Assembly: GCA_963675515.1 (NCBI GenBank) | Contig: OY776328.1 | Coordinates: forward strand, 420,001 to 452,000 | DNA: 32,000 nt | From: Coprobacillaceae bacterium | GTDB lineage: Bacteria; Bacillota_I; Bacilli_A; Erysipelotrichales; Coprobacillaceae | Reading direction: 5' to 3' | Shown: positions 30,351 through 32,000 of the stretch, one piece after another | Layout: each line of letters opens with the position of its first letter | Position numbering within the stretch: position 1 is the stretch's first letter | Position numbers and translations under genes: made by a program | The notes under the pieces: model-generated | Databases searched by the model: none | What the model was told of the DNA's origin: nothing | Seen by the model: the letters and a program-made list of their open reading frames with translations, nothing else

Positions 30351-32000
30351 TTACCATTGGTTGTTGCCTCTGTTGGAACCGGGGCTGACATAGACGATGA
30401 TGTTCTTGGTGAACGAACCATAGCTGTCGCTTTCGGTGATTGTCACAGTGTAGGTGTCGGAACTCAATGAATCGACATACAATTCATTGGAAGTTGATGA
30501 ACCGATAACCTCTCCGCTTGAATCGGTGATTTCAAGGAAGAAGGTCGAATCTTCAGTCTGGTTCTGGGTCTGGACATACAGGCTGCTTGAAGATGTCGTC
30601 TCTCCACTTGTGAGCTTGTTGCCATCACTGTCGCGGATCGTGTAGACGATATCGCTGGTTATCGGTGATGAAATAGCGAGGTTCACGGTCAGCGTGTTTG
30701 AAACGATTTCATTGTTGTTGGCGAATTTGTAGTAACCGACAACCGCAACGTTGTCGTTGACCACGTAATCTACTGTGGCGCTGTTTTGTTGGTAAGTGCC
30801 GCTGTATACGAGTGTGTTGGAACTGTCGTAGACATCGACGCAATAAAGCAGTTCGCCATAGGCCGAGATGACATCCCCGATTGAAGAAGTGTCATAATTT
30901 GTGAATGCTACATTGATTTTCTTGTCCGCGCTTAATTCAGCAGAGAACGAATCCAGTCTTTGAATGGTGAAATTACTGGGAATGTAGTATTCGGTTGGTT
31001 GAGTGCCTTCTTTGAAGTAAGCCGCGATGCCGTTGCTCGCCAGTTTGTATGGATATACTTCAGGGGCAATTTTGACTTTGATCACGCCATCAGGCTGGGC
31101 CGGATATGACTTGGCGCTTTCATGGCGGGCCAGGTATTTCTGGATCTGCCCGTTGACATATGCCGATTTGGCTTTGTAATCTGTTGTGTTCTTCCCTTGA
31201 AGAATACCCTCTTGCAAGAATCCCATCCAGATTGAAACAGTGTAGTTAGGCGAAGCCGAAGTCATCCAGATGTCCCTTGAAGTGTTAGGACGGACATTGG
31301 ACTGGTCGCTTGACCAGTTTGAAGTACCGGTCTTGGCGATGATGTTGCTAAGTCCGCTAAAATAGCCATAAGAGCTATAACCGGTCTTGACGTATTCGAG
31401 CATTACCTGACGGATGATGAAGGCGCTTTGGGCCGATATCGTCTGGCTGGCTTCTAGCTGGATCTGTTCATCGACCTTGATGACATTGCCATTTGATTCT
31501 TCGATATAGTTGATTGTGTGGCTTTCGACATTGACACCGTTGTTGGCGATGGTCGAATAGACGTTGCAAAGCTCGATTGGAGTCGTTCCGTCAGGCCAGC
31601 CACCGATCGCATAGACCGGAGAGATATCGGAAGGGTTGACCGCCGACATGTCGATACCCATCGCTTCGAGGTTGTCATAAACCTGCTGCCGGCCTACGGC
31701 TGCGATGACATCGTCCAGAGCCCAGATGGCTGAAAGGTTCCATGATTTCATGATGGCTTCAGGCATCAATACCGTACCATGTTGCTGGTTGTCCCAGTTT
31801 GACGGATTCCATGAACCGCCTTTGGTGTACGTCGTGTCGTTGGTTGGATGTTGCGAACACCAATCGAGATACTCAATCGCATTGGCATAAGCGATTACCG
31901 GTTTAAGTGACGAACCAGGCTGCTGTTTGACATTGGCCAGATTCAAGTCGCCGGTTAGGTAATCCCTGGAACCGATTGCGGCAACAAGCCGGCCATCAAG
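30351..32000 (-). CDS. Class A penicillin-binding protein (PBP1A-like), transpeptidase domain plus C-terminal repeat extension; 5' part outside the window
   Basis: The frame is open to nt 32000. Transpeptidase motifs SSLK (SxxK, in QPGSSLKPV), SWN (SxN) and KTGT (IAKTGTS). The last 212 aa are a Ser/Thr/Asn-rich beta-type extension. Synteny with nth/dnaD is as for ponA in Bacilli. Confidence 0.85.
   Translation of the reverse strand, partial: LDGRLVAAIGSRDYLTGDLNLANVKQQPGSSLKPVIAYANAIEYLDWCSQHPTNDTTYTKGGSWNPSNWDNQQHGTVLMPEAIMKSWNLSAIWALDDVIAAVGRQQVYDNLEAMGIDMSAVNPSDISPVYAIGGWPDGTTPIELCNVYSTIANNGVNVESHTINYIEESNGNVIKVDEQIQLEASQTISAQSAFIIRQVMLEYVKTGYSSYGYFSGLSNIIAKTGTSNWSSDQSNVRPNTSRDIWMTSASPNYTVSIWMGFLQEGILQGKNTTDYKAKSAYVNGQIQKYLARHESAKSYPAQPDGVIKVKIAPEVYPYKLASNGIAAYFKEGTQPTEYYIPSNFTIQRLDSFSAELSADKKINVAFTNYDTSSIGDVISAYGELLYCVDVYDSSNTLVYSGTYQQNSATVDYVVNDNVAVVGYYKFANNNEIVSNTLTVNLAISSPITSDIVYTIRDSDGNKLTSGETTSSSSLYVQTQNQTEDSTFFLEITDSSGEVIGSSTSNELYVDSLSSDTYTVTITESDSYGSFTKNIIVYVSPGSNRGNNQW

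Noticed and set aside
1-32000. Search for CRISPR arrays, IS elements, integrases, tRNA/rRNA genes and long direct repeats
   Set aside because: No regularly spaced repeats, transposase- or integrase-like ORFs, or tRNA cloverleaf-like segments were recognised by eye. A computational scan (tRNAscan-SE, ISEScan, minced) would be needed to exclude them formally.

Overview
Chromosomal window from a Bacillota (Firmicutes)-type genome; GC looks mid-40s % by eye (not computed). It has two parts.

(A) 1-12.7 kb is a nitrogen-fixation / molybdenum block. It has the clostridial layout: nifK (3' part), nifE, a nifN-nifB-nifX-like fusion, a thioredoxin-like [2Fe-2S] ferredoxin, and a split homocitrate synthase (nifV-omega then nifV-alpha). 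Three tightly coupled genes of unclear function follow: a PqqD-like small protein, a NifX/AnfO-like protein, and a 327-aa repeat protein ending in CX4CX2CX2C. After these come a divergent HTH + PBP-like (molybdate-sensor-like) regulator and a modABC transporter.

(B) 13.2-32 kb is ordinary housekeeping with Bacilli-like synteny:
- Na/Pi cotransporter and aspartate kinase
- a hypothetical operon ending in a DUF45 peptidase and a TrmH-family methyltransferase
- T-box(Phe)-pheS-pheT
- tmcAL, a two-gene ThrE-family exporter, pyk, hup and a YugP-like peptidase
- TseB-like gene, dnaD, nth and a class A PBP (truncated at the window end)

No tRNA, rRNA, CRISPR array, IS element or integrase was recognised.

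Most interesting observations:
1. The PqqD-like / AnfO-like / Cys-tailed repeat-protein trio co-transcribed with the nif cofactor-maturation genes.
2. A ModA whose two sequence halves are in swapped order (apparent circular permutation) but which keeps a lipoprotein signal and all ligand motifs.
3. A nested palindromic operator architecture at the mod promoter, next to a non-ModE type regulator.
4. A TmcAL fused to a Nudix-like domain whose catalytic glutamates are all amidated.
5. An orphan promoter-to-terminator unit of about 120 nt (candidate sRNA) downstream of modC.

All family assignments are from reading the translated sequence by eye. None has been verified by a database search.
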